Of a stretch of DNA of 57,527 nt, positions 16,993 to 26,823 are shown in pieces (position 1 is the stretch's first letter; each line of letters opens with the position of its first letter). Source of the DNA: a virus. Taxonomy: Duplodnaviria; Caudoviricetes. Below the pieces are notes generated by a model, which did no database searches, was not told where the DNA came from, and worked only from the letters and a program-made list of their open reading frames with translations. The position numbers and the translations under genes were made by a program. The stretch is taken from IMG/VR virus record IMGVR_UViG_3300032309_003728, positions 1 to 57,527 of that record, one strand, 5' to 3'.

Positions 16993-18128
16993 TGAAAAAT
17001 TTTCAAGAAACATATTATGGTAAAAAAATAGATACCGCAAATATACTCAATATAGAAGACGCTGCAAAAATAATCAATAAAAGAAAAACAGTAGTGATCA
17101 CTGGTGTAACGGGTCAAGACGGAAGCATTATGGTAGATTTTTTATTAAAAAATACAGACTATTTAATATTTGGAGGAGTAAGAAGATTAAGTGTTTATAA
17201 CCATAAAAACGTAAAGCACATTAATTCAGATAGATTTCATTTGATAAATTTTGATCTAAATGATTCTCACGCTATATCTAGAACTGTTGAAAAATTGCAA
17301 CCAGATTATTTTATAAATTTTGCGGCTCAAAGTTTTGTTGCAAGTAGTTGGGATTTCGCTAGACAAACTTGGTCCACAAACTCAACTAGCGTTCTTGACA
17401 TATTAGAAGCAATTAGATTATATAAGCCTTCTTGCAGATTATATCAAGCTGGATCAAGCGAAGAATTTGGGAATGTATTATATACTCCACAGGACGAAAA
17501 CCATCCACTTAGGCCAAGGAGTCCATATGGTGCTAGTAAAGCAGCCTCGAGACAGCTTATAAAAGTTTATAGAGATTCCTATGGTCTTTATGCTATTCAA
17601 GGATGGTTATTTAATCACGAAGGCCCAAGAAGAGGAGAAGAGTTTGTCACAAGAAAAATAACTAAAAATATTGCAAGAATTCATGATGCTATAAAAAATA
17701 ATCAAGATTTTACACCAATGGAATTAGGAAACATTAACGCAAAAAGAGATTGGAGCGACGCAGAAGATTTTATAGAAGGCGTATGGATGATGCTTAATCA
17801 GGATATATATAATAAAAATTATAATGGAAATCCAAATGAATACGTTTTTTCTTCGAACGAAACTCACACTATAAAAGAATTCGTTCAAAAAGCTTTTGAA
17901 ATCGCTAGTATAAAAGGTAATTGGGTAGGAGAAAATGAAAATGCAAAATACATTTCTAATGACGGTAAAGTATTAGTTGAAGTTAATCCTAAATTTTATA
18001 GACCAGCAGAAGTAGAATTACTGTTGGGCAACTCTTCAAAAGCAAGAGAAGAGCTTTGTTGGCAACCAAAAATATCATTCGAACAATTAATTAAAAAAAT
18101 GGTAGAAAACGATATACAAAATTTATGA
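16992..18128 (+). CDS. gmd: GDP-mannose 4,6-dehydratase
   Basis: ITGVTGQDGS, AAQSFV, YQAGSSEEFG, PRSPYGASK, LFNHE.PRRGEEFVTRKI, KRDW, FYRPAEVELLLG. Confidence 0.93.
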   Translation: MKNFQETYYGKKIDTANILNIEDAAKIINKRKTVVITGVTGQDGSIMVDFLLKNTDYLIFGGVRRLSVYNHKNVKHINSDRFHLINFDLNDSHAISRTVEKLQPDYFINFAAQSFVASSWDFARQTWSTNSTSVLDILEAIRLYKPSCRLYQAGSSEEFGNVLYTPQDENHPLRPRSPYGASKAASRQLIKVYRDSYGLYAIQGWLFNHEGPRRGEEFVTRKITKNIARIHDAIKNNQDFTPMELGNINAKRDWSDAEDFIEGVWMMLNQDIYNKNYNGNPNEYVFSSNETHTIKEFVQKAFEIASIKGNWVGENENAKYISNDGKVLVEVNPKFYRPAEVELLLGNSSKAREELCWQPKISFEQLIKKMVENDIQNL

Positions 18129-18748
18129 ACTTTACAAACGCGGATTTAATAGTAGCTAGATACAATGAAGATATATCTTGGATAAAGTCTAATTACGATA
18201 ACGTTTTTGTTTATAACAAAGGGCAAGATAATTTAATGACAAATTTTAATTTAAAAAAATTAAATAATGTAGGAAGAGAGTCTCAGACTTATTTATATCA
18301 TATAGTGCAAAATTACAATAATCTTAACAAGATAAATATTTTTACTCAAGGAGCAATACTAGATCATGGCATGAATGAATCAGTATTATTTAATTATTAT
18401 ATCGAAGCAATAAAGTATGGAGCTTCATTAAATAAAAACTTTTATCCAGAATGGGTTGAAAAATTTGGTGGTTACAAGAATTTCAGGATTGATGAACATG
18501 CAGGTAAAAAAGTTTCTAAATCTAAATATTCATTATATGAATGGAAAAAGAATTTCAATATATCAGATGACGATCAACCATTTAAATGGTATCAAAAAGC
18601 TGTATTTGCAATTTCTAAAGATTCTATCCACACCAGAGATTTACAGTTTTATCAAAATTTACTAAATGACCCTGAACTAAACCAATTAGATCCAGAGATA
18701 GGGCATTACTACGAGAGATCTTGGGCCAAAATCTTTAATATAGAATGA
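18125..18748 (+). CDS. DUF3431-like (glycosyltransferase-associated) protein
   Basis: LIVARYNEDISW, VYNKG, NVGRESQTYLYHI, GHYYERSW. Confidence 0.75.
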   Translation: MNFTNADLIVARYNEDISWIKSNYDNVFVYNKGQDNLMTNFNLKKLNNVGRESQTYLYHIVQNYNNLNKINIFTQGAILDHGMNESVLFNYYIEAIKYGASLNKNFYPEWVEKFGGYKNFRIDEHAGKKVSKSKYSLYEWKKNFNISDDDQPFKWYQKAVFAISKDSIHTRDLQFYQNLLNDPELNQLDPEIGHYYERSWAKIFNIE

Positions 18749-19836
18749 TTTACGATTTCTTAATTGTAGGTTGTGGTTTGTTTGGAGCTACTTTCGCAAA
18801 TAGAGCTAAAGCTAAAGGCTATAAATGTATAGTGATTGATTCAAGAGATCATATTGGTGGAAACTGCTTTACAGAAGAAGTAGAGAAAATAAATATACAT
18901 AAATATGGCCCACATATTTTTCACACTAATAATTCAGAAATATGGAACTATGTTAATAAATTCGCTAAATTTAATAATTTTATAAATAGACCAAAAGTAA
19001 ATTATAAAAATAGAATATATTCTTTCCCTATAAATCTAATGACATTTCATCAGCTTTGGGGGATCAATACCCCAAAAGAAGCTGAAGAGAAATTGAACGA
19101 AATTAAAATAAAAATAGACAATCCCTCTAATTTAGAAGAATGGGTTTTGTCTCAAGTTGGTGAAGAAATTTATTATACTTTTATTCATGGCTATACCAAG
19201 AAGCAATGGAATAGAAACCCCAAAGAATTAAATAGCTCAATAATTAAAAGACTACCAATAAGATTGAGTTTTAATGATAATTATTTTTTCGACGTACATC
19301 AAGGCATACCTATTGGAGGATATACTAAAATGATAGAAAATATGTTAGAAGGTATAGACGTTTTAACAAATGAAAACTATTTCAATAGAAGAGACTACTG
19401 GAATACAAAATCTAAACGTATAGTCTACACTGGGAAAATTGATGAATTTTATGATTACAAATATGGAGAGTTAGAATATAGATCTCTCAGATTTGAAACA
19501 GAAAAACACTCAATAAAAGATTATCAAGGAAATGCAGTTGTAAACTATACGGAGGACAATATACCATTCACAAGAATAGTAGAGCATAAACACTTTGAAT
19601 TTGGAGATCATAATTATACATATATAACAAAAGAGTATCCAGAAGAATACTCTAAAGATAAAATTCCATACTATCCAATTAATGATGAAAAAAATAGTTA
19701 TACTTACAACAAGTATAAAGATTTAAATCAAAAAAGTAATATAATTTTTGGTGGAAGATTAGCTGAATATAAGTACTATGATATGCATCAAATAATAGGT
19801 TCGGCAATAAATAAAATGGAGAAATTAAATGAATAA
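18745..19836 (+). CDS. glf: UDP-galactopyranose mutase
   Basis: VGCGLFGA FAD motif, HIGGNC, HKYGPHIFHT, GYTKKQW, LEYRSL, TRIVEHKHF, PYYP, GRLAEYKYYDMHQ. Confidence 0.95.
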   Translation: MIYDFLIVGCGLFGATFANRAKAKGYKCIVIDSRDHIGGNCFTEEVEKINIHKYGPHIFHTNNSEIWNYVNKFAKFNNFINRPKVNYKNRIYSFPINLMTFHQLWGINTPKEAEEKLNEIKIKIDNPSNLEEWVLSQVGEEIYYTFIHGYTKKQWNRNPKELNSSIIKRLPIRLSFNDNYFFDVHQGIPIGGYTKMIENMLEGIDVLTNENYFNRRDYWNTKSKRIVYTGKIDEFYDYKYGELEYRSLRFETEKHSIKDYQGNAVVNYTEDNIPFTRIVEHKHFEFGDHNYTYITKEYPEEYSKDKIPYYPINDEKNSYTYNKYKDLNQKSNIIFGGRLAEYKYYDMHQIIGSAINKMEKLNE

Positions 19837-20563
19837 CTTTATAGAATACCTAGAATCATTAAACAGCAAAGACTTATCAGACAGAAACAACCTTGAAGAC
19901 AAGGTCCTAATAGATTTAGGATTAAATAATGAAGCGCTGAATGAGCAGCCATCTCATCTAAGTGAATTTTACGGCAAAGGCCATGAGTTAAAAATTTGGC
20001 AGTATCCTAACCAATTTTCAAAATATTTATCATTTTTGTCAAAACACGCACATAAGATAAACTCTTATTTAGAGATTGGATGTAGACATGGAGGAACATT
20101 CATATTAACTTCAGAATTAATACATAAACTTAATTTTAATTTTGATAAATCTATAGCGTTAGATTTAATAGACGAAAGCGAAAACATACAAAAATACAGA
20201 GAAAAAAGAAAATTTATCCAATTTAAAAAAGAAGATTCAAATTCTGAAATTTTTAAAAATTATATTAAAACTAATTTTTTTGATTTAATTTTTATTGATG
20301 GTGATCACTCTTATGAAGGGGTTAAAAGCGATGGAGAAAATACAAGGGAGCATTGTAATATTCAAGTCTATCACGACATATCTAATGATGCTTGCCCTGG
20401 AGTTATTAGATACTGGAACGAATTAAAACACAGAAATAAAGATATTTATAATTTTTATGAATTTACTGATCAATATTATGAAGTTATAAAAAGAACAAAT
20501 CGTACATATTTAGGAATAGGTGTAGCAATTAAAAAAACTTTTGATAATTATCTTGCATTATAA
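19829..20563 (+). CDS. class I SAM-dependent methyltransferase (Methyltransf_24-like)
   Basis: YLEIGCRHGGT, DLIFIDGDHSYEGVKSD, YHDI, GIG. Confidence 0.85.
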   Translation: MNNFIEYLESLNSKDLSDRNNLEDKVLIDLGLNNEALNEQPSHLSEFYGKGHELKIWQYPNQFSKYLSFLSKHAHKINSYLEIGCRHGGTFILTSELIHKLNFNFDKSIALDLIDESENIQKYREKRKFIQFKKEDSNSEIFKNYIKTNFFDLIFIDGDHSYEGVKSDGENTREHCNIQVYHDISNDACPGVIRYWNELKHRNKDIYNFYEFTDQYYEVIKRTNRTYLGIGVAIKKTFDNYLAL

Positions 20564-20588
20564 TTAAATATATGTATTATTATTAATA

Positions 20589-20939
20589 ATGACAAATCAT
20601 AAACTCTGTCAATTTATAGTTAAAAAATATCTTCAGAATAATGTTAATTGGGCAAGAGAAATAAAAATAGCTCAAAAATTAATAAAAAAACATAAAGATT
20701 ATAGCTTTTGGAATAATTTAAGACAGGTAAAATTGCCAAGTTTAGCTTGGCTTCTTACCGAAGAAGGCATAGCCTTTTTAAATATTGGGCATAAAGTCCA
20801 AGGGATGAAAGAGCAAGCTAAAGAAAAGCATTCAATATTAGATAATAAAATTGGAGAAGATAAAAAGACTTGCCAAAAACCTAAGAATATCATACAATTT
20901 ATAAGATCATGGGAAGAAGACCAAAAGAAGAAAACGTAA
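20589..20939 (+). CDS. hypothetical protein
   Basis: 116 aa; weak upstream promoter (TTGCAT at 20553, TATTAT at 20575); overlaps the RecA-like gene start. Confidence 0.6.
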   Translation: MTNHKLCQFIVKKYLQNNVNWAREIKIAQKLIKKHKDYSFWNNLRQVKLPSLAWLLTEEGIAFLNIGHKVQGMKEQAKEKHSILDNKIGEDKKTCQKPKNIIQFIRSWEEDQKKKT

Positions 20940-22057
20940 CAGATCAAAATCTTGGACCATCTGCAAAGAGTCGATTAGCCTCTTTCTTGAAAGAAAACAA
21001 GGATGACCATTATAATTTTGAAGACGAAATACATTATAAAGTATCAACTGGTAGCTTAAATCTTGATATAGCAACTAGTGGAGGACTATGCCCAGGATTA
21101 CATAGATTTATCGGCATGAACGAAGGGGGGAAAACTTCTGAAGCTTTAGAGGTTGCAAAAAACTTTTTAAATAACATAAAAGATTCAAGAGCATTACTAA
21201 TCAAAGCCGAAGGAAGACTTGGCAAAGAGGTTAAGGAAAGATCTGGAATAAAATTTATTTCTAATCCAGATGAGTGGGAGGATGGAACATGTTTTGTTTT
21301 TGAGTCTAATATTTTTGAAACTATTTCAGAACTAATGAAAGATCTTATTCAAAATAATGATGAGAATAAGAGATATATATTTATTCTTGATTCAGTTGAT
21401 GGATTAATGACTAAGGGCGATTCTCAAAAAAGCATGACGGAAGCAACTAAAGTCGCTGGAGGAGCGGTCATCTCATCAATGTTGATGAAGAAGATTTCTC
21501 TAGCTCTTTCTAAACGCGGTCATATGGCGATTTTTATTAGTCAAGTACGATCAGATATTAAACTTGATCCCTACGCAGCAAACAAGGATATTAGACAAAC
21601 GACTGCAACTGGTGGAAATGCATTGTTGCATTTTGCTAATTGGATTTTGGAATTTGAACCAAGATTTAATAAAGATCTTATTCTAGAAAAGCCTAATGAG
21701 AGATATGATTCTATTAAAAATAAAATAATAGGACATAACGTAAAAATAACTATTAAAAAGTCTACAAATGAAACCACTAATTCAAAAATTCAATACCCAA
21801 TTAAATATGGCAGAAAGAATGGTTCTTCTGTGTGGAAAGAGTACGAAATAATTGATCAAATTCTTTCTTGGGAGTTTGCTACAGCCAAAGGTGCTTGGGT
21901 TACTTTTAACGATGAGATTATTGAAGAGCTTAAGAAAGAAAATATTGAGTTAAAAAAACAACACCAAGGAATTGACAATCTTCGCTTATATCTAGAAGAG
22001 AACAAACAGATAGTAGACCATTTTTACACAAAATTCATCAATACTCTAGCGTCATGA
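20909..22057 (+). CDS. recA: RecA/UvsX-like recombinase
   Basis: STGSLNLDIA..GG, Walker A GMNEGGKTS, Walker B FILDSV, IFISQVR, TGGNALLHFA, KGAW. Confidence 0.85.
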   Translation: MGRRPKEENVTDQNLGPSAKSRLASFLKENKDDHYNFEDEIHYKVSTGSLNLDIATSGGLCPGLHRFIGMNEGGKTSEALEVAKNFLNNIKDSRALLIKAEGRLGKEVKERSGIKFISNPDEWEDGTCFVFESNIFETISELMKDLIQNNDENKRYIFILDSVDGLMTKGDSQKSMTEATKVAGGAVISSMLMKKISLALSKRGHMAIFISQVRSDIKLDPYAANKDIRQTTATGGNALLHFANWILEFEPRFNKDLILEKPNERYDSIKNKIIGHNVKITIKKSTNETTNSKIQYPIKYGRKNGSSVWKEYEIIDQILSWEFATAKGAWVTFNDEIIEELKKENIELKKQHQGIDNLRLYLEENKQIVDHFYTKFINTLAS

Positions 22058-22473
22058 GGTTATTAAATATTAACGGAAAACTCGTTAATAAAAACGTAAG
22101 AAAAAACCTTGTAAATTGGGACACAAAAAGTAGAAGTAATTTGCAATATCAATTTAAACAATTTTTTCATATATATTGGAAGAATCATATAGTATATGAA
22201 GAGTTTCCAGTTTATGGGAGTATGCTTAAAGTCGATTTTTTAAATGCTACAAAAAAGATAGCGGTTGAAATACAAGGTAATCAACATGAATCCTTTAACA
22301 AATTTTTTCACGACAACTCAAGATTAAAATACTTACAAAGCATAAAAAGAGATGTGCAAAAAAGTAAATGGCTTGAAATGAATAATTTTAAATTTCTAGA
22401 ATTGTACGAAAATGACCTAAAAAAATTGTCACCACAATATATAGAAGAAAAATGCGGAATTTTAATTATTTAA
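22054..22473 (+). CDS. PD-(D/E)XK Vsr/DUF559-like endonuclease
   Basis: EEFPV...VDF....IAVEIQGNQH...RD..K. Confidence 0.75.
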   Translation: MRLLNINGKLVNKNVRKNLVNWDTKSRSNLQYQFKQFFHIYWKNHIVYEEFPVYGSMLKVDFLNATKKIAVEIQGNQHESFNKFFHDNSRLKYLQSIKRDVQKSKWLEMNNFKFLELYENDLKKLSPQYIEEKCGILII

Positions 22474-22479
22474 GTGTAA
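22474..22479 (+). promoter_or_regulatory. GTGTAA motif, candidate late promoter
   Basis: Immediately after stop 22473 and 9 nt before GTG 22489. Confidence 0.45.
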
Positions 22480-22488
22480 AACGATTTA

Positions 22489-22767
22489 GTGACTAATAAA
22501 AAAAAATTCACCTTTCCTAGTAATCTACTCAAGCAATTAGACGAATGCAGTTTCGGCGGATATATTTTATTTAATTTTAACTCCAAAGGTGATCCTCAAG
22601 TTTTTACCAAATTTGATAATCAAATGAATGCTATGGCCCTTTTATATTATGTAGGTTCATGGATAAGTACTGTTGATCAAATGAATATGGATGCAACAGC
22701 AGATGCTATAAATAAAGAAAACGATAAATACGATCAAAGTGAAGAGCGAGACGAAGATAACGATTAA
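22489..22767 (+). CDS. hypothetical protein, acidic tail
   Basis: 92 aa, GTG start. Confidence 0.65.
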   Translation: MTNKKKFTFPSNLLKQLDECSFGGYILFNFNSKGDPQVFTKFDNQMNAMALLYYVGSWISTVDQMNMDATADAINKENDKYDQSEERDEDND

Positions 22768-22779
22768 TATATACTTTAC

Positions 22780-22808
22780 TTGACTTTTAAAATATAAACA
22801 GTTATTAT
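22780..22808 (+). promoter_or_regulatory. sigma70-type promoter TTGACT-17-TATTAT (leaderless dnaB)
   Basis: ATG 22816 is 7 nt after the -10 box. Confidence 0.65.
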
Positions 22809-22815
22809 TATATAC

Positions 22816-24300
22816 ATGATTTATTCTCTTCAAATAGAGAGGCATGTATTAAGCGGCCTTATAAAATATCAGAATTTATTTCCAGATATAGATGTATTTT
22901 TATCTGAAGATGACTTTTATCATGAAGTCCATTCCACCATATATGCTGTATATAAAAACACTAAATACAAGGGAGAGAAAATAGATAAAGTTTTATTAGC
23001 TGAAAAAATTAAAAATCTTGGAATTTCATTTAAAGATGATATTAATATTTATGATTATATAGATAACTTGAGCTTTTCTCAAATTACAGAGGAAGCCACA
23101 ATGAATGCTTGTAAAGAGTTAATGAAACTGAGAATAAGAAGAGAAATAGGTCAAACCGCAGAAAAATTAAAACAATACGTAACCAAAAACGGAGAAGAGA
23201 CCATAGATAAAATAATATCCGAAGCAGATGCTATTTATAATAATAAAATCTCTTCTTACGAATCAAATGAAGAGCCAATTAATTTATTTGAAAATATAGA
23301 AGACATTATTGAAGAAATCGGAAACTCTCCAAGAGAAGAAGTCGGACTAGTAACTCCATATCAAGAGTTTAATAAATTATATGGAGGTTTAAAAAATGGA
23401 AACATTTACGCAATCGTAAGTAGACCTGGACAAGGGAAATCTACTTGGATAAATGATATGTGTTTTAATACAAGCAAGATCCCACAGAATAGAACTAAGA
23501 CTTTAGTTTTAGATACAGAAATGCAAACTTTAGATATTCAATTAAGAATGGTATCATCTATGACAGATGTTCCTATGTGGTATTTAGAAACTGGTAATTG
23601 GAGAAAAAATCCAGAAATGACAACAAAAGTAAGAGCTGCATGGGAGAATATAAAAGCTCATGATTATTTTCATTATCATGTAGGCAGTAAAAATATAGAC
23701 CAAATTTGTTCGATAATCAGAAGATGGTATCTTTCAAAAGTTGGTAGAGGAAATCAAGCTTTGATAGCTTATGATTATGTAAAATTAACTGGAGAAAAAG
23801 TTGGCCAAAACTGGGCAGAGCATCAAGCTATTGGTGATAAAATTGACAAATTAAAAAGAATATCCGAAGAAATACAATGCCCAGTTATCACGGCTATGCA
23901 GCTAAATAGAACAGGAGAGAATTTCAATCGTTCATCTACAAATGTTGTTGATGATAGCTCTGTCATTGCTTTATCAGATAGATTACAATGGTTCGCTTCT
24001 TTTGTAGCGATCTTTAGAAGGAAAACTTTAGATGAATTAGCCTTGGATGGACAAGAGTTTGGAACACATAAATTAATACCAACAAAGACAAGATTCCAAG
24101 GTAAAGAAGCTGCGGGGCATCAAGACTTAGTAAGAAGACTAGACCCAAGCGGTAAACAAGTCTGGTCACAGAATTATTTAAATTATAATGTCCACAATTT
24201 TAAAATAGAAGAAAGAGGCTCATTATTAACTATAACCCAAAGACAAAGAGAGCAGTATGAGCTTAATGATAGAAATCAAAATGATGGAGAAATCCTATGA
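22816..24300 (+). CDS. dnaB: replicative DNA helicase, DnaB family
   Basis: N-terminal E..VL...DFY..H..IY; Walker A SRPGQGKST; DTEM; YDYVKL; AMQLNR. Confidence 0.92.
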   Translation: MIYSLQIERHVLSGLIKYQNLFPDIDVFLSEDDFYHEVHSTIYAVYKNTKYKGEKIDKVLLAEKIKNLGISFKDDINIYDYIDNLSFSQITEEATMNACKELMKLRIRREIGQTAEKLKQYVTKNGEETIDKIISEADAIYNNKISSYESNEEPINLFENIEDIIEEIGNSPREEVGLVTPYQEFNKLYGGLKNGNIYAIVSRPGQGKSTWINDMCFNTSKIPQNRTKTLVLDTEMQTLDIQLRMVSSMTDVPMWYLETGNWRKNPEMTTKVRAAWENIKAHDYFHYHVGSKNIDQICSIIRRWYLSKVGRGNQALIAYDYVKLTGEKVGQNWAEHQAIGDKIDKLKRISEEIQCPVITAMQLNRTGENFNRSSTNVVDDSSVIALSDRLQWFASFVAIFRRKTLDELALDGQEFGTHKLIPTKTRFQGKEAAGHQDLVRRLDPSGKQVWSQNYLNYNVHNFKIEERGSLLTITQRQREQYELNDRNQNDGEIL

Positions 24301-24956
24301 ACGTAAAATTAATATCATTAACAGATGCTAATATAGAGGGAGTTTTAAATTCAGAAGATCTTGTCGCTTATTGTGCTAGAGTCAGTAATCCGTCAAACCA
24401 AATGAATACTGAAACTGCACCAAAACTTTTAAAATTTTTAATCAAACACAAACATTGGTCACCATTAGAAATGGTAGACATGACAGTAGAAATTAAAACG
24501 AGCAGAGCGATAGCTGCTCAAATTTTAAGACACAGATCATTTTCGTTTCAAGAATTTAGTTTAAGATATAGTTTAGCTACAGAATATGAAGATATAGAAC
24601 TCAGACTTCAGGGTGATAAAAATAGACAAGTAGGAGAAAATTTATTGCCAAAAAAAGACACAGCTTATAATTCTATTACAAATTTAATTTCAGAAAGTTT
24701 AGCTTTAAGCGAGCACTGTTATCAAACTATGATTGATAATGGAATAGCGAAAGAAGTTGCCAGAATGATTCTACCATTGACTACTCAGACTACTATGTAT
24801 ATGAAAGGAACACTGAGGTCTTGGATACATTATATAGAATTGAGAACAGAGGAAAATACTCAAAAAGAACACAGGCTTATAGCGGAAGAATGCAAGAGTA
24901 TTTTTATGAAAAAATTTCCAATCATATCGGAGGCATTAGAATGGAAGAAAACGTAA
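24297..24956 (+). CDS. thyX: FAD-dependent thymidylate synthase
   Basis: AYCARVS, HWSPLE, QILRHRSFSFQEFSLRY, KEVARMILP, LRSWIHYIELR, QKEH. Confidence 0.95.
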   Translation: MNVKLISLTDANIEGVLNSEDLVAYCARVSNPSNQMNTETAPKLLKFLIKHKHWSPLEMVDMTVEIKTSRAIAAQILRHRSFSFQEFSLRYSLATEYEDIELRLQGDKNRQVGENLLPKKDTAYNSITNLISESLALSEHCYQTMIDNGIAKEVARMILPLTTQTTMYMKGTLRSWIHYIELRTEENTQKEHRLIAEECKSIFMKKFPIISEALEWKKT

Positions 24957-25852
24957 ATAGCATATACCAAATATTAACTAATATAGGATATTCCCTAAAA
25001 GATTGTGGGAAAGAGTATAGGACTAAACCTATTTATAGGGATAGTGATAATGATACTGTGCTAAGGATATATAAGGATACAGGATTTTGGGTAGATTTTA
25101 AAGAAAATATAAGTGGAGACTTTCCCTCGTTAATTAAAAAAAGTTTAAAACTTGACACAGAAGATCAAGCTAAAAGTTGGCTTAAGGACAAAAACTATTC
25201 AACTATAAACTATCAATCAGAAATTCAACCTAAAATAAAAGAGAAAAAGACGTTTGATAAAGAACTTCTTTTAAAGCTTGAGAAAAAGCACGAGTATTGG
25301 ATAAATAGAAATGTGAATGAAGAAACCTTGCATCTTTTTAAGGGTGGATTAGCCAAAGCTGGAAAGATGAAGAATAGGTATGTATTCCCAATTTTTAATA
25401 ATAAACAAGAGATAATAGGATTTTCTGGAAGAGATGTAACGAATGAAAGTAAAATTAAATGGAAGCATTTAGGGGATAAATCTAATTGGTGCTATCCTTT
25501 GTTCTTGAATCTAGAAACCTTAAAACAAGAAAAAGAAATTTTTATAATAGAAAGCATAGGAGATTGCTTATCCCTATGGGATGCTGGTGTACAAAATACT
25601 ATTGTAACATTTGGTTTAGAAATTAGTACTGCCATATTAAATGTATTACTAAAAATAGATCCAAATAAAATTTATATATCATTCAATAATGATTCAAGCA
25701 AAAACAACGCAGGAAATAATGCTTCTGAAAAAGCCGTGAATAAACTTTTGAGATATTTCGATAAGAATCAAATTAAAATAAAATTACCTGTTAAAAAAGA
25801 TTTCGGAGAAATGTCCATAGAAGAAATAAAAGAATGGAAAATTAAAACTTGA
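24941..25852 (+). CDS. dnaG: DnaG-type DNA primase (TOPRIM)
   Basis: Start reassigned to ATG 24941 (GGAGG SD at 24929-24933). NRYVFPI...IIGFSGR...KW; IIESIGD; FNND...AG; KKDFGE. Confidence 0.85.
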   Translation: MEENVNSIYQILTNIGYSLKDCGKEYRTKPIYRDSDNDTVLRIYKDTGFWVDFKENISGDFPSLIKKSLKLDTEDQAKSWLKDKNYSTINYQSEIQPKIKEKKTFDKELLLKLEKKHEYWINRNVNEETLHLFKGGLAKAGKMKNRYVFPIFNNKQEIIGFSGRDVTNESKIKWKHLGDKSNWCYPLFLNLETLKQEKEIFIIESIGDCLSLWDAGVQNTIVTFGLEISTAILNVLLKIDPNKIYISFNNDSSKNNAGNNASEKAVNKLLRYFDKNQIKIKLPVKKDFGEMSIEEIKEWKIKT

Positions 25853-26793
25853 AAGTTCTATCAGCTTCAAGAATAAAAACCTTAGAAACCTGTTCATGGG
25901 TTTATTGGAATAATTATCACACTAAAGTTCCACAGACTCAAAATGATGGAGCCTTGAGGGGTACTATTTGTCATACAGTCTTTGAATTGCTTTTGAATCC
26001 AAAACATAAGAAGCATTACAATAAAATTATAAAACAAAATTCTATCACTGGAAGCAAAGCGATGGAAAGATTAGTTAAGAAATTAAAAGCAAAAGTTGGG
26101 CTAGATCCCTCTAATTTTGAAATATTAGACCAAATGATTATGGTTGGATTAAAGCATGACTTTTTTGGAGAAGGAGGCAAAATAGTAAAACCTGAATTTC
26201 CTTTTGAGATAAAGAATGATAGTCCAAAATATCATATTAAAGGTTTTATAGATAAACCAATTAAAAAGAAAAAAGAAATGCATATAGTTGATTATAAAAG
26301 CTCTAAATATAAATTTAGAGGAGATGACTTAGAAGCTAATATTCAAGCTATGATGTATAGTTTGGCTAGTTTAAAAATTTGGCCAAAGTTAAAACCTATA
26401 GTTAAATTTTTATTTTTAAGATTCCCAAAACAACCAATACAACAGCTTTCTTTTACAGAAGAACAAATTAAAGGTTTTGAATATTATTTAGAGCATATAA
26501 ACAATTATATAAATAATTTTGATGAAGATACTGCTCAAGCAAATTTTGCTGCGGATAACGAAAAGAATAAATGGATGTGTCAAATTGGTGGATGGAAATG
26601 CCCATACAAGGATTCATATGAGTATTATGTAAAATTAAACACAGAAGGAGAAGTGATTGAATCTAATTTTGATGGAAATTTTAAAGAAACAAAAGGGTTT
26701 GTAATAGAGAAAAGATCTTATGAAGGTTGCCCAAAGTGGAAACGAAGTCCAGACACACCTAACACAATTATTAAAGACGAATTTTTAGATTGA
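25849..26793 (+). CDS. PD-(D/E)XK RecB/Cas4-like exonuclease
   Basis: LSASRIKT..C, GTICH..E, E..F, KGFIDK, IVDYKSS, Q..MY, C-terminal Cys cluster. Confidence 0.85.
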   Translation: MKVLSASRIKTLETCSWVYWNNYHTKVPQTQNDGALRGTICHTVFELLLNPKHKKHYNKIIKQNSITGSKAMERLVKKLKAKVGLDPSNFEILDQMIMVGLKHDFFGEGGKIVKPEFPFEIKNDSPKYHIKGFIDKPIKKKKEMHIVDYKSSKYKFRGDDLEANIQAMMYSLASLKIWPKLKPIVKFLFLRFPKQPIQQLSFTEEQIKGFEYYLEHINNYINNFDEDTAQANFAADNEKNKWMCQIGGWKCPYKDSYEYYVKLNTEGEVIESNFDGNFKETKGFVIEKRSYEGCPKWKRSPDTPNTIIKDEFLD

Positions 26794-26817
26794 CAAGATA
26801 TATATTATAATTATAAT
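26790..26817 (+). promoter_or_regulatory. sigma70-type promoter TTGACA-16-TATAAT (leaderless)
   Basis: ATG 26824 is 6 nt after the -10 box. Confidence 0.65.
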
Positions 26818-26823
26818 AAGGTT

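Noticed and set aside
25849-26793. Cas4 as part of a CRISPR-Cas system
   Set aside because: No cas1/cas2 or array. Stand-alone PD-(D/E)XK exonucleases are routine in phage replication modules.
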